64,000 nt of DNA from Geosiphon pyriformis uo1 (taxonomy: Eukaryota > Fungi > Glomeromycota). Within the stretch, counting starts at the first letter, position 1. Every line of letters begins with the position of its first letter. Shown here piece after piece: positions 28,596 through 43,500 of this stretch. A program made the translations under genes and the position numbers. The stretch is taken from the NCBI GenBank assembly GCA_016748015.1, contig JAAOMT010000299.1, positions 977,924 to 1,041,923 on the forward strand, written 5' to 3'. The notes under the pieces are model-generated. The model did no database searches. It saw only the letters and a program-made list of their open reading frames with translations, and was not told the origin of the DNA.

Positions 28596-31500
28596 TGTTA
28601 CTCATAGAAATATAGAAAATATATTAGCATGATTATTAGCCAATCAGAAGTAGGCATAGTAAATGTGAAATTCCAGAATTCCTCTCAGAAATTGCAGGAT
28701 TCCAGGAATTTCAGGATTTCCCAATGAGAAATTGCAGGATTTCAGAATTTCAGGATTCCTCTCATAGGAATTGCAGGATTCCAGGAATTCCAGGATTCCT
28801 GTCATAAAGAATTGAGGAATTAAGGAATCTTAATTATGTATATATAGCAGTAGTATTAGAAACAGAAAAGACAGAATCAATACAACAGAATCCTTAACCC
28901 AGAAACATAATCATCAAATAAATAATTATTTCATATCTCAATCCACTCCTCATCAACACTTCATGTTGATAGTAATTAATACTTAACCATGCTGAAACAA
29001 TAGCTTTTGATCATGGCTATTGATGGGATACTAATCTACAAATTGTCTTGGCTTATTTTCTCTATTTTCTTTATTTTTATTTTCTTTATTTTATTTTATT
29101 TTTTTTTTGATTTTGTTGTTGTATACTAATTGATTAAAAGATTAAGCACTGAGTTATTGACGTCAAGGATAGCCTAGTAAAAGACCCAGAAATAAGGGTA
29201 GGATTTTATATATTATCGGATAACTTACCAGAAGGGCATAACTGCCAGACTAAATCTGGCCATCATGCTGAGAAAGAAATTGGGAAAACTTTTGGAAAGA
29301 TACATCTACTATCGACATTATTGAATCTCTGTTCATTATACAAAAGACTCCATCAAAACCTTCAGATACAACACTTACAGAACATTATCAATGGAAGTAG
29401 CTTTTGAGCACCAAGTTATGAGTTTGTTATTTAATTCAACAGCAGAAATAATCACCTATAACATTTGGTGCTTCCTGTGAGGTATAATCTTACAGAGAAC
29501 CAGCACTGACAACACCAAACCAAAAGTGGCAGAATCAGAAATAATAGGGACAAACCATTTAGGATTTGTGAAATCCTTATTTCAACAGTACAGCCAGCAG
29601 CTAGGCCTAAACAACAACCATTATCCAGCAGAATCAGCTTTCAACTTCTACGTCAATGAAAGAATCACCAATTTCCTAAGAAGACTAGTTAACATTGAAT
29701 CAGCAAAAGAAAATTTTTATTTGGAATTAATTCAACACACCAACTTATTAAGAAATCACAGCTTTGCATCCATCATCAGAGAAATCAACCAAGAAATTGA
29801 AAGATATACACAAAGAACATTCTCTATTACTTATCAGGACAAAGGCAAAAGAAAACTACAGACACCAGCAGTAATCTCCAAAGGAATACAAATTCCTAAC
29901 TGGAAGAAACAAAAAATTAAATCTCTGATATATCTATCATATCATCACACGCCTGGAAGTACCATCAACATCACATCAGCAGACGCGTCCACCAGTATAA
30001 AGACATCACTAATAAGAATCGCATTTTAGAGTAAACAAAAGAAAAACAAACTATTAGAAGCATACAGTGATTATTTTGAAGGATTTAAATCAAGATTACC
30101 AACACCATCAGAATTTCAATTACCGCCTCATCAGCCAGATTTCGGAACTGTCAGTCCCTGGGAAATTACTGAATCAGAAGAAAAAGAAGACGAGGATCAG
30201 AAATTTAATTACCAAAACCTGATCCTAAAAAACCCAAACATTTAAACTCAACAACATTTAGAAAATTTGGAAATCGAAACTCCAAATATTTGAACCCTGC
30301 CAAATCAAAGAAATCAAAACCCCAAATTAATTAATCAGCAAAACTTACCTCCGGTAATTGTCATCGATCAACTGCCAATTAATCCCATAGCCAAACCCAT
30401 ACAGCAGCCACTTCAACTACCACCCCAACAACCAGAACAACAACAACTGCTTCAACAGCCACCACAACCATCTAACTTAGATCTAATGGCCTATGCACCA
30501 ATCGCAAAACTTGACAACTTTACTGATGAAGAAAATGACACTCAAGTATGGCTGAATGATGTAGAAAAGACCATCGCAGCCAATGGATGGAATAACGCCT
30601 GAGCAATGCAAGCCATTCCCTACTTTTTCAAGGATATTGCCAATTCTTGGTATTAGAGCTTGGTTAATAAACCACAAGATTTTAATGCCTTCAAAGTGGA
30701 ATTCCTAAGATATTTTAGCAACAATAACAGCATCAATTGCCTAGTTAATACATTTACCACCATGAAACAAGAAGAAACTGAAGCAGTCACTACTTACCTG
30801 GGATGTTTCTATCGAAATCTGCACCAAATTCAAGCAATTGATGCCAATTATTTCACAGCACCACAGATTCTCAACCAGTTTATCTATGGGCTGTGCAGCA
30901 GCATCCTGCAACATGTATGTCTATTGCATCCAGACACACTTCAAGACACAGTTACACATGCCAGAGATTTTGAATCTGCTGAGTCAGAGGCCAACCATGC
31001 CCAAGCTGTTAATCTAGTAATAAATAAATCATCTGAATTGGATTCTAAATTGGAGAAGTTTAGTAAATCAATTAATAAAAGATTAGAAGGATACTTAACT
31101 GACAATCATGCCATTTATTAGTCTCCACAACAATGCAATAATCAAAAAAACTCTAATCGTGACCAAAATCAACCACGTCCATCTTCATCAACCAATCAAC
31201 AGTGACAACAGAAAACATGTATCTGCCACTATTGTGGTAAACAAGAACATATTCAAATCGACTGCTGCCAGCGTTTAAATAACCAATAATCGGGAAATCA
31301 ATATCAAAACCCTGATTGCCAGTTCTCAACTCTGAATCATCAATTAAACTTCACACAGTATCCACACTTACCTCTTTATGCACCAATGACGCAGCCATCA
31401 ATTTATTAACCACCAGTATATTAAGCTCCAATTTATCAGCTACAGCCACAGATAATATATCAACCACAACCGTCAACAATCTATCAACTCTAAACAATTC

Positions 31501-34500
31501 AAACTCCACCACAAAACTTACTTAACAGTGGAGTCCAAAGACTGAGAATTACACAGCAAAACTGAAGATCGTCGATGGTAGTTCATCAACCAATCCCCAG
31601 CTCCTCTAGTTAACCAGGATCTCGTCAATAAAATTTGGGCACTGGTCATCCCCAAAACCCAAATTCCCAGGACTATTTAAGTCTTCTGGTTATCCCAGAA
31701 GATGTTTCACCCAGCAACCAGGAATCCACCCAAAAACAACAAACACTTACTAGCAATATTCCGCCAGCAACAGTCACCAATGATAAATTACTAGCCGCCA
31801 TTTTCCTATTCGAGATTGAAGAACTGTCAAGTACCCCATTATTTAGTGGAGCTGCTCTTGATAAAAAACCCATCACTGCAATGTACACAGATGCTAAAGT
31901 TGATGATCAATTCATCAAATTGATCCTCGATAGTGGTTTAGCAGGCAGTATTATCACATAACAACTCATGGACCAATTAGGTCGCCAAGTTGATCGAGCT
32001 GCCAGCGCCAAAATCATTACAGCTAATGGAGCAACCAAAACTCCAATCAGCAAAATTGACGACTTTCCTTTCGAAGTCAACAGCATCATGACTTCCATTA
32101 AAGTTTTAGTGATAGAAGCCACTCAATACCAAGCTTTAGTTGGTAATGACTGGCTATTCAAAGTCAATGCAATGTTAGACTAGAACACTCAGGAACTCCA
32201 GCTAACATATTAGGGCCAACACATACGTTGTTACCAAACGAAATTAGAGATATTGTTTAACATGAAATTACCTTTATAAATCTTATCATTAATTAGCATA
32301 TATTATCGTTTCAAATTATTACTTAGTACATTAGCAAAATGTCCGAAATTATCATTTAATTAATAACCCAATTTGTACATAACACAAATATAACCTAATT
32401 GTGATGATCAATCATGCAATACCCCAAACTATATAACATTCAAAAAGTTTGCCAAAATTTGTAGAAATTTGCCGAAATAATTGATAGTTCACTGAAATAT
32501 CTAATAGTTTACAGAAATAACTTGTAGTTTGCTGAAATATATCTTTAGTTCAACGAAATAGTAGAAAATAGCAAAGTTCAAGTTCATAGAATAGTGTTAC
32601 AACAAGTTGTATAAAAGAAGAGCTTTTCTCTTTAAAGAAATGTATCTTACTTTAGATTTATTACTTAGAATCGTTCCTATACACACAAAAAGAAATAAAT
32701 ATCAAATAATTCGAAAAACCAAATTTTTTAATTATTGCACTTAGAAAATCCTCAAAACCCAACTAACGTTTTGAAATTAATTAGCTACCAATTTCAGTAA
32801 ACTGTTAATGACTCCAGGCCTGGATAGAAAACGTTTTCCTTGATAAAATCCTATTTCTTTTACATTTTTTTTATTTCCTTTTTATTTTTTTATTATAATC
32901 ATTAGGGTAGTCTACAGACAAGATTCCTGTAGAAGAGTTGACTTTCACAGCAAAGTAACTACACATTTTAGTAAGCTTCCAGACAAGCAATTCCTGGGAA
33001 AAAGTTGACATTTACTACAATGTAACTACATAAAGTAACTGGCATGGAATTGGCCATTCCACTTATAAGCCCAACAATTCAAATTATAGGAGATAATTTG
33101 AAGATAAATTCAGTTACTGGAGGTTCAACCACATTCAGAAAATGTGAATTCACAGCAAACAAACATTAACAACATTTAAGAAAAGAGACCAAAAACCTCC
33201 GGTAACATTTGGTGCTTTCTTACAGAAATAACACAGCAACAACAAATTCAAAGTAGTGACCACACCAGATGCAACAACTCTAGAGTATTACCAGTCAATT
33301 TACACCCACTGCAAGCAAAGATTCAACATTCCAGACGGAATTGAAGTTGTCAAGAAATCAGTATACCAATACATTGAAAACTGCATCAACAATTATCTTT
33401 TTAAAAATTACAATATCTTAGAAGTTAGAAGCAACTTTTACAATAATTTAGCACACTTTTCACAGTTGGGAACTGAAGACTTTAACAGTAAAACACTTGC
33501 CACTTACCTTTAAGAACTTAATTTTAACATTATCAAGTATTGTGAAGAAACATATCCAGTACAGTCTCAATACATTATTGATTTTGAATCAGAGACAAAA
33601 ACAAGCAACAAAGGCAAACATAAATTAAAACAATACTCAAAAACCACCCCAAATACTTCAATACTACCAAAAACAACTGCCAAACACTTACAAACACCTG
33701 AACAAGGAACCAGTTCAAAACTTCCACTTACTATTACACCTTTTTCAGCTTCACTTGCACAAGCACAAACACCTAATTCACCCTTGAATTGATTTACAAG
33801 ACCAGAAGATTTTACATCACTCAGAAGTCTCATCAGACAGCAAGAACCCCTTCAAACTAGTTCCAATCTTCTTGATTTTCTAGCTGAAAATCAAAGTGAA
33901 CACTCTGAGACAGCAGCAAATGAAGAAAACAACTCTGAAATAACAGAAGAAGAATCAATAAACAGTGAAAATAAAGAAGATGAAATGACAGCATATATTG
34001 CAAAAATCTCTGAATTCAATAGAGAAGACATTGAGACCAGTCTCCAAGAATGGCTCGACCAAGTTACTAAAGCTGGAGATGCAAATGGATGGAATGCTGC
34101 CAGAATGTTAAGAACAATTCCCTACTTTCTTAAAAAAACAGCAGAAAAATGGTTTAAAAACTTGGCCACTTTATTCAATGATTGGGATGCTTTCAAAGCA
34201 GCCTTCCTTGAACAGTTCACTGACAATAATACCTTCATTACCCTTTAAAATCAGTTTCGCAATATCAAACAAGAATCCTCTGAGTCTGTTATAACTTATA
34301 TTGAGAAATTCAACAAACTTCTCAGACGAATTTGCCAACTTGAAACTAATGATTATTATTCCAATGCTTAAATCTTGGATCAATTTATCACTGGTCTAAA
34401 AGATAAACTAATTAAAAAAGTTCACCCACATGCCCCAGAAGATTTAAACTCTGCCATATAGCATGCAAAAAGATACAAAATGGCCATAGAAGAGGCCAAT

Positions 34501-37500
34501 CACACAAAACTTGTAAATTTGGCAATTGGAGAAACCAGCTCAGCAGCTGAGGAAAAAATTGACCAACTCACAAAAAAGATTGAAAACTATTTCACCAATC
34601 AACAACAACAGCAACCCCAAAGATATCAACTACCTCAAAGACGAAATCAAAATAACTTTGCACTACTTTTTAATAACTAGTCTCAGAATTGCCATTACTG
34701 TAGAATTGCTGGCCACTGGAAAAGAGATTGCAGAAAACTACAATGAGACCAACAAAATAGGAGTAATCAATGTTACCCTTCACCACAGCAATCTTATTAT
34801 CAACTACCACTATCCACCAAAACCCCAATACCAAAGTAACTATTATCAGCCTGCTCCACAGCCAATCCAACAGCAATACCAACAACCACCCACACAACAT
34901 TATCAAGTACCTGTTCAAAGACTGATTACACAAAATCAATTCACACCACAAAACTGATACCAAGTAAACAACAATAGAATCAGTTTGAACAACCAATTGG
35001 TTCTCCAAAATTCTACTCAACCAAGACCCAACCATTACTACACTCAATCCAGTTATTTAACAATGCCAGAAGAACAGGATTTTTATCATACTGCACTTTT
35101 GGAAGGTAGAGCTACAGCACAACAACAAAATCCCTCTCATAATCACACCACTATTCCACCAGCCAGAATTGCTGAAAATGCCAATCTCTCTGATATATTT
35201 CCTTTCAAATTTGAAGCAAATGAATCACCATTCTTGCTTAGCAGTGCAGCAGCTAATGAGCAAAAAGCCATCACTGCAATGTACACAGAAACTGAAGCAG
35301 AAGGAAAGCCAATTCGCTTGATCCTAGACAGTGGATCCACCGGAAGCATCATTACTTACCAGTTGATGCAACAGTTAAAAAAAAATGTTGACCGACCAGC
35401 TCAGACAGTAATCATCACTACTGATGGCATGAAAAAGACCCCAGTAGGAGAAATTGACAATTTTCTATTCACTCTTGATAGAATCACCATTCCAGTCAAA
35501 GTTCTTGTAATAGATGCTCTCCAGTATTAAGCCCTTATCGGAAACAATTGGCTCCAAAAAGCCAATGCAAAATTAAACTGGAAAATCCAAGAATTACAAA
35601 TTTCTTACCAAGAACAATATGTCTGAGTACCTGCCACTTGTGGTACATTTAACAAATGCTCTGAAAAAGCCTCGGCTTTTGAATTCGAACCAGAAGAAGA
35701 AAACCAATAATCAAAACATTTATGGCTCTTGGATTAACATCCAATTGGGCTGATAAAACTGAACAAGAACATTTTACCTCACACTCTGAACTCAAAACCC
35801 TTGGATAGAATATCTCTTACTCAAAGCCTGAACCAAGGAAACAACACCCCTATATTCCTCTCAAATGTAAAGACTGCCACAAGAAACTATCATTAATGGG
35901 AGTCTGCATTTCACCTGAAGAAGAATATGAAAGTTATACTTGTTACTACTGCAAGACTTGCCACAGAGAATGATGGGGCCATCTAATAAAAAGAAGTGGA
36001 AAATGGGACAACACCCCTTGTCTGACTTGTGGAGATATGCTACCAGAAGAATGCAATTGGATTAATGTAGCAATGAAAAAAGAAGTCTGCAATCAGACCT
36101 GCCAATATGCTTTATCAATTTCAGAAAAAGTAAAAAAAGGAACACCCTTTAATGCAGCATACAACAGTGCTCTCAACAAACTTTATCACTACCCCCATAA
36201 TGCTGAGATGATTTTCGACCTAGCAATGGCTTTAATCAATGGAGCCACTCAAGAAAATGTTCATCAAATGAAAGAATTAGAGTACATTGCATACACCTTT
36301 GAAATCACTGGATACAACTACGAAGATGAAGTAGAAGTATATCACTAAATTGCCAGTCACACTTATCTGACCAAAGAAGCTCAAGCTCAACAGCTAGAGC
36401 AAATGAATATTAAATTGTGTGAAGAATACATAATGCCCTGCGATGAGCAATGGTGCTCTGAATGCTATGCTTTTAGCATTCCTCTGCTCAGTAAAAATAA
36501 TGAAAACGAAATTGAATTTGGAGAACCTGAAGCAACGGAAGAAATTGAAACAACACTCATCTATCTTATTGAAAATCAGCCTGCCTTACAACTCAAATAC
36601 TTCAACAACAACAAACAAGGAATAAAACCTGAAAAAGCACATGAAATTGATGCTGGATATGACTTAAAATATCCAGACAAGGATATTCTTGTTCTCAAAC
36701 CCAAATCTCTCACAAAAATCAACTTCAAAATTGCACTTAAAATCTCACCAGAAGCAATAGTTCAAATCGCCTCCCAGTCCTCTCTGGCAAGCAAAGGAAT
36801 CAATGTTAGAGAAGAAATAATCGATGCGGAATATACTAGAGACATTACAGTAATGCTTCAAAATAAAACTAACAAACCATTCAAGATCGAACATGCTGAA
36901 AAAATTGCCCAAGCTATTTACCTACCTCTAATCAACATTTCAGGTTTGCAACTAGTCAATCAAAGAGAACAATTAGGAAAAAGTGACAAAGGAACTCAAG
37001 GTTTTGGTTCAACTGGACGATTCACAGTTCCAGTTAATATAGCTCTTAATACACAGAATAAATCCCACCAGATTCTCAGACTTCCACAACCAATTACCAT
37101 CTCATCCTTTGGAGAACATCCAGAAATCTACACCTGCCCAAAGCCAACAACCACACAACAAATTTTTGAGTCCAATAAACAAGTCTGCTTGGAACATAAT
37201 ATTTTGATTCCAAACATTTATATTCCTGAGGGAACAAAGAAAGTCTGAGTTACTTTTTACAATCCCAACAATTACCCCATAGTTTTATTAAATAATTTAG
37301 AAATTGGAGTTATTCACAGTAATATATTTTAGCAAGAATTACCTCAAACAGTCCCTGATTTCTCTGAAATTATTGGACATTTACTACCAAAAATCAACCC
37401 AAACCCCAGCTCTGAAAGCTACCATGTTGTCATAGAAAAACTATCTCGAATCAACATAGGACAACTTGAACCACAAAAACAAAACCAGCTCAAAGAGCTA

Positions 37501-40500
37501 ATTGCAAAATTTGCTAATATCTTTGCCGAAAACAACAATAACTTAGGAAGAACCGATTTGGTTCAACATCAAATCTACACAGGAGATGCCAAACCAAGAC
37601 AACAACAGGCCTACTGAGTTGCTCCAGAAAGCCACCAATTTATCTGAGAAGAAGTACAATAAATGCTTAACAATGGGCTCATCCAATCTTCCATGAGTTC
37701 TTGGGCTTCACCTGTAGTGCTAGTTAAAAAGAAAAATGGAAAGATACGATTTTGTGTTGACTATCGACAACTCAACAGTGTTATAATTGAAGATGCCTAC
37801 CCCCTTCTCTGAATTGATAACATGTTAGATGCCCTTGGAAAATCCAAATACTTTTTAACACTAGATTTAGAAAGCAGTTATTAGCAAGTTGCTATAGATC
37901 CCAAAGATTGTCCCAAAACAGCATTTACCACCCAAGATGGAAATTACAAGTTCAATGTAATGCCTTTCAGATTATGCAATGCACCAGCAATATTTCAGAG
38001 ACTAATGGATGTTGTGTACCAAGGACTCCTTTGAAAGTCAGTAGTTGTTTATCTTGACAATACTGATGTTTATTCTCCATTATTTGAATTACACTTAAAA
38101 CACCTGTGAAAAATTTTTCAACGATTATGAAAAGCAGGACTAAAACTCAACATCAAAAAATGCTACTTTAAAAAAACAAGTCTGGTCTTCCTTGGTCATA
38201 TTGTTAATAAAAATAGAATCAAACTGGACCTTGGAAAAATCAGCACTGTCAAAAACTTCAAAACTCCTCAAAACACTACAGAACTAAGAAAATTTATAAG
38301 GTTAGCCTCCTATTATCAGAAGTTTATCAAAGGATTCTTAGAAATCGCAAAACCTCTCAACCAGCTTACCACCAAAAACATCGAATAAATGAACTGCTAA
38401 ACACCAAAATGCATTTGAAATCCTCAAAAAAAAACTAACCACAGCTCTAATTCTTGCCTACTCAGATTTCAGCAACCAATTCCGGTTAGCAACAGATGCC
38501 TTTTATATTGACTTTGGTGCCATCCTATCACAGTTAGATAACAATAGAAATGAGCAAATAATTGCTTATGCTAGCAGAACATTGAAGCCAGCTGAAAAAA
38601 ACTACCCTGCAACAGAATTAGAAACTGCAGCAGTAATCTGGGCCTTATATTACTTCAATCTTTACCTCAGACCCAAAGAATTCAATATTATCACTGATAA
38701 TATTGGACTCAAATGGCTTCAAAACAAAAACACTCAGCTGAATGCCAAACAAATCCGATGGACAGGATTTTTAGCCAACTACCAATACATTGTACATCAC
38801 AAACCAAGAAAACTCCACACCAATGTTGATTGTCTCTCAAGAATGAGGCAAGATTAGAACATAAAAACAACACTCATTTGAATTAGCAATAAGACAACAA
38901 ACAATGAACCCCGAAAACTACAACAATCTTAAACAATATTTGGAAACATTAACAATCCCAACAAATTAATCTCCAGATAAAAAACATTAATTACAACAAT
39001 AAGCCAAACAATATTTTCTACACAACAATATTATTTATCATCGAAATTTTAAAAACCCAGACAAACCACTCAGGGTAATGCAAGAACAGAAAAAAGAGAC
39101 TATACTATACAACATGCACTCAGATCTTTCATCAGCACACTTCGGAAAAGACAGCACCACCCAAAAAACACTAGAATACTACTTTTGGCCTCAAATGAGA
39201 AAAAACATTTACAAATATGTCAAATCTTGTGATAGTTGTCAAAGAAGAGAAGAAACACGTCCTACTGAACCATTAAATCCAATCAAAGTTGGACAACCCT
39301 TTGACCGAGTTGGTATCGATTTAGTTGGACCACTATCTATTACCACACAAGGAAACTGTTATATTGCAGTAGCTGTAGACTATCTTACTAAATGGTCTGA
39401 AGCTAGAGCCATTTAACAAGCAGATGCAAAATCAGTAGCAAATTTCATCTATGAAGACATTATTTGTAGACATAGATGTCCAATTAAACTTTTATTCGAT
39501 CAGAGGACACATTTTGTGAACAACCTAATACAAGAAATTTGCAAACAATTCAATGTCAAAAGACCTCTGTTTTTGCCCTACCATCTACAAACAAATGGAC
39601 TTGTGGAACATTTTAACAGAACATTGTGTAAGTCATTAGCCAAAGTCTCAACTGATTTTGAGTAAGATTGAGATATCTTTATTCCATCAGTGTTACTAGC
39701 ATACAGAACACTAAAACAAGATACCACAAAACACACACCATTTGATTTAACTTATGGAAAGACAGCAACATTACCAATTAGTTTCACAATAAAAACATAC
39801 CCAGCACAACCAATTGATGAAAACAATTTCCAGGAAACACTTCAACAAAGAGCCAACACACTTCTCAACACATTGAAAGGAAAACAACAAATAGCAGCCA
39901 CCCATATTGAACACTTCCAAACTCAACAAAAAAAACAGCATGACAACAAATTGCCCCTAGTTACCAATAATTTTAAAGTTGGAAACAAAGTTCTTCTACA
40001 CAGAACTAAAGCTGAAAAACAATGGAGTGGAAAATTCGAAAATAAATGAGATAGACCATTTTTTATCCATGAAATACTAGGCAATAGATCATACAAGTTA
40101 AGACTTGATGACAAAATCCTAGCAAAAGTTGCACATGGAGATTGTTTAAAACACTATCATTCCAGAAACAATCCTGAACCATTAATTCCACAAATTAGTA
40201 CACATTCCCTTTTAGTCAATCCCGAAGATATTTCCTGAAACTTAGAACCAATAGTTATTATTGAACAACTTTCCAACTTGAACACTTAAATTAATTTTAC
40301 TAGTTATTCCTTATAATTTAAAAATAATTTTACAAAAACAAAACAAAACAAAACATACTGAAAGACAAAAATAACATAAAAACCCATATACCAAAAATAA
40401 TTTCAATCTATTTTTCTCACTCAAATTTTTATAATGACTATTCCTCAAAATATTCAACAAATATCTCAAAAATTAATGCTAGCTTTAAAGACAATATTCG

Positions 40501-43500
40501 AATTATCTATCACTATTACAAGAAAACATATTAATTATACCCAAACAGAAATAGTCGCCAGTTTAGCCCCAAATTCACGAAATTATCACCTCTACAAAAA
40601 GAACACAAGAAGTTACTCTGAAATTCATCTGTCAGAACTTTTGAAGCTTGCTTTAAGAGAAAATTTAATGTTCATTCCTATTAGTATTCTACCAAATACT
40701 ACTATTTAACAAAAACTTCAACTGTGTTTTAATGAAAAAAACCACGACTATACTCTAATATATAGATATTTTTACATTGGAAAAACACTTCACAAACAAA
40801 AATGGGAGCTTACAGCAGCAAACCTCATAAAAGAAGCTATTCAAAAACAACTTTACAACAAATTCAAAACAACAGCTGGACCTACAAACAGTTGCTATAA
40901 ACTAAGAACTGCTCTTAGACTTTATGACCTATTCTACACCTGTAAAAACGTCCTACAAAACCCAATTTTACAATTTTTGAAGATTCAATATATTGGAAAG
41001 CTCACAGAACTGAAATTTCAACAATTTTCAGACCAAATTTCTTCAATAATTTTGGATTATTATCTGAAAATTACAGACAGTACTTGAACTTCGACGAAGC
41101 TCAGTCTTGAGAAGGAGGTTATATTACCAGATGAAATTAGAGATATTGTTTCACATAAAATTACCCTTATAAATCTTATTATTAATTAGCATATATTATC
41201 ATTTCAAATTATCACTTAGTACATTAGCAAAATGTCCGAAATTATTATTTAATTAATAACCCAATTTGTACATAACACAAATGTAATCTAATTACGATGA
41301 TTAATCATGCAATACTCCGAACTATGTAACATTCAAAAAGTTTGCCAAAATTTGTAGAAATTTGCCAAAATAATTGATAGTTCACTGAAATATCTAATAG
41401 TTTGCAAAAATAACTTGTAGTTTGCTGAAATGTATCTTTAGTTCAGTGAAATGGTAGAAAATAGCAAAGTTCAAGTTCATAGAATAGTGTTATGACAAGT
41501 TGTATAAAAGAAGAACTTCTCTCTTCGAAAAAATATATCTTACTTTAGATTTATCACTTAAAACTGTTCCTATACACACAAAAAGAAATAAATATCAAAT
41601 AATTCAAAAAACCAAATTCTTTAATTATTGCACTTGGAAAATCCTCAAAACCCAATTAATGTTTTGAAATTAATTAGCTACCAATTTCAGTAAACTGTTA
41701 GTGATTCCAGGCCTAGATAGAAAATGTTTTCCTTGATAAAATCCTATTTCTTTTACATTTCTTTTATTTCCTTTTTATTTTTTTATTATAATTATTAGGG
41801 TAGCCTACAGACAAGATTCCTGTAGAAAAGTTGACTTTTACAGCAAAGTAACTACACATTTTAGTGAGCTTCCAGATGAGCAATTCCTGGGAAAGAATTG
41901 ACGTTTACTACAATGTAACTACATAAAGTAACTGGCATGGAATTGGCCATTCCACTTATAAGCCCAACAATTTAAATTATAGGAGATAATTTGAAGATAA
42001 ATTCAGTTACTGGAGGTTCAACCACATCCAGAAAATGTGAATTCACAGCAAACAGACATTAACAGCATTTAAGAAAAGAGACCAAAAACCTTCAGTAACA
42101 ACATGTACTGGCCACGTGTAGCCATTTCAAGACTCTTCCAAGAGAGAAACTATTGATCGAACTGGAAGAAAAGAAAAAAAAACCTATCTGGGAAGCTTAC
42201 CAAGTTTCCTGGGCCAATGCCAACCACAATGAACTACCACCAATACTTTCATGGAATGACAACCCTAAGGGAAAGCAAAAAGAGGAACTGACCTGAGAAA
42301 CAGATGATTTGACCTGAACTAACAATGAACAGGAAGAACCATCAAGTTGGGAGTGGAAAGAAGAAAAAGGAAAAGGGAAAGAGAGGGAGGAAGAAAACAC
42401 TTAAGCCAACAACACTTATATCCCATACACCTACAGTCAACAACAATCATTGATCTATTGCTGACCCAAACTGATATGCATTGATTGCAGCAAGAAATTG
42501 TCATCAATAAGCACATGCTGTGGCAATGACAAAAAATATCAGATGGCAACCAAGTTCTATTGCTGCACATACAGTGTCAAACGTTTTGGAAGACCAAAAT
42601 GAGTGGGAAAATGGGATAATACACTATGTATAGCCTGTGGAGAAACTTTCTTCAACGAAGGAATGTGGAACAACATTCCGGGGAAAGAAGGAACATGTAA
42701 TGTGTTCTGCCAATACATGATTCTCATCAGTGACTGGGTTGAGAAAAAAACACCAATAGAAGCCGTCTGGAGAAGAGCTGTACAGTGATTGGACAGTTGT
42801 CCACACAATGATGATGAATTATGGCAGATGGCAATTGCCAAAATTGAAGGCACATTGCCAGAAAAAATTAGAACAATTAAAAACAACTCACCAGAACCCA
42901 TCGAGCTTGACTGGAATGCAGAGCCAGTCATAAATTTTCTGAAACCAGAAGAGTTCCATGAACACTACCAAAACTTGGCACCCACTAGAGAGAAGCAAGA
43001 ACAATGGCTAGCACAGTTAAATACAAGACTGTGTCACCATTGTTTAATTCCCAGTGACTTTGAATATTGTGATGATTGTGACCTTATTTACAATCCACCA
43101 CCATGCATGATCTACACGATCCCTGAAGAAGAAGAACCAATCAGCAGCTGTGCATCGGAATTAGAATCATTGATTAATCACAATCCAGACTCTGACGACA
43201 ATGACAAAAACACCAGTTCTAGCTCTGTTCAAAATAGCAATAACAACAAAAACAATTCAAACTCAGATTCAAACTCTGATTTAAACTATGAACAATATAT
43301 TGTACTACCAAATCTCTCTAAGGAATAAGAGTTGAGACAATGGGAAAGATATTATGCCAGAACGTGTACATGATACTAATGCAGGGTTTGATTTGAGGTA
43401 TCCAAAAAAAGAGGCCATCAAATTGGAACCACATTCATGCACCTGCATTAATCTAAAAGTAGCATTAGAAATTCCGGCAACAACAATGGTTAAATTAGCA

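Noticed and set aside
28670-28830. Spaced palindromic repeats resembling a CRISPR array
   Set aside because: Short 9-14 nt motifs without unique 30-40 nt spacers, inside an LTR and repeated in every LTR copy; no cas genes.
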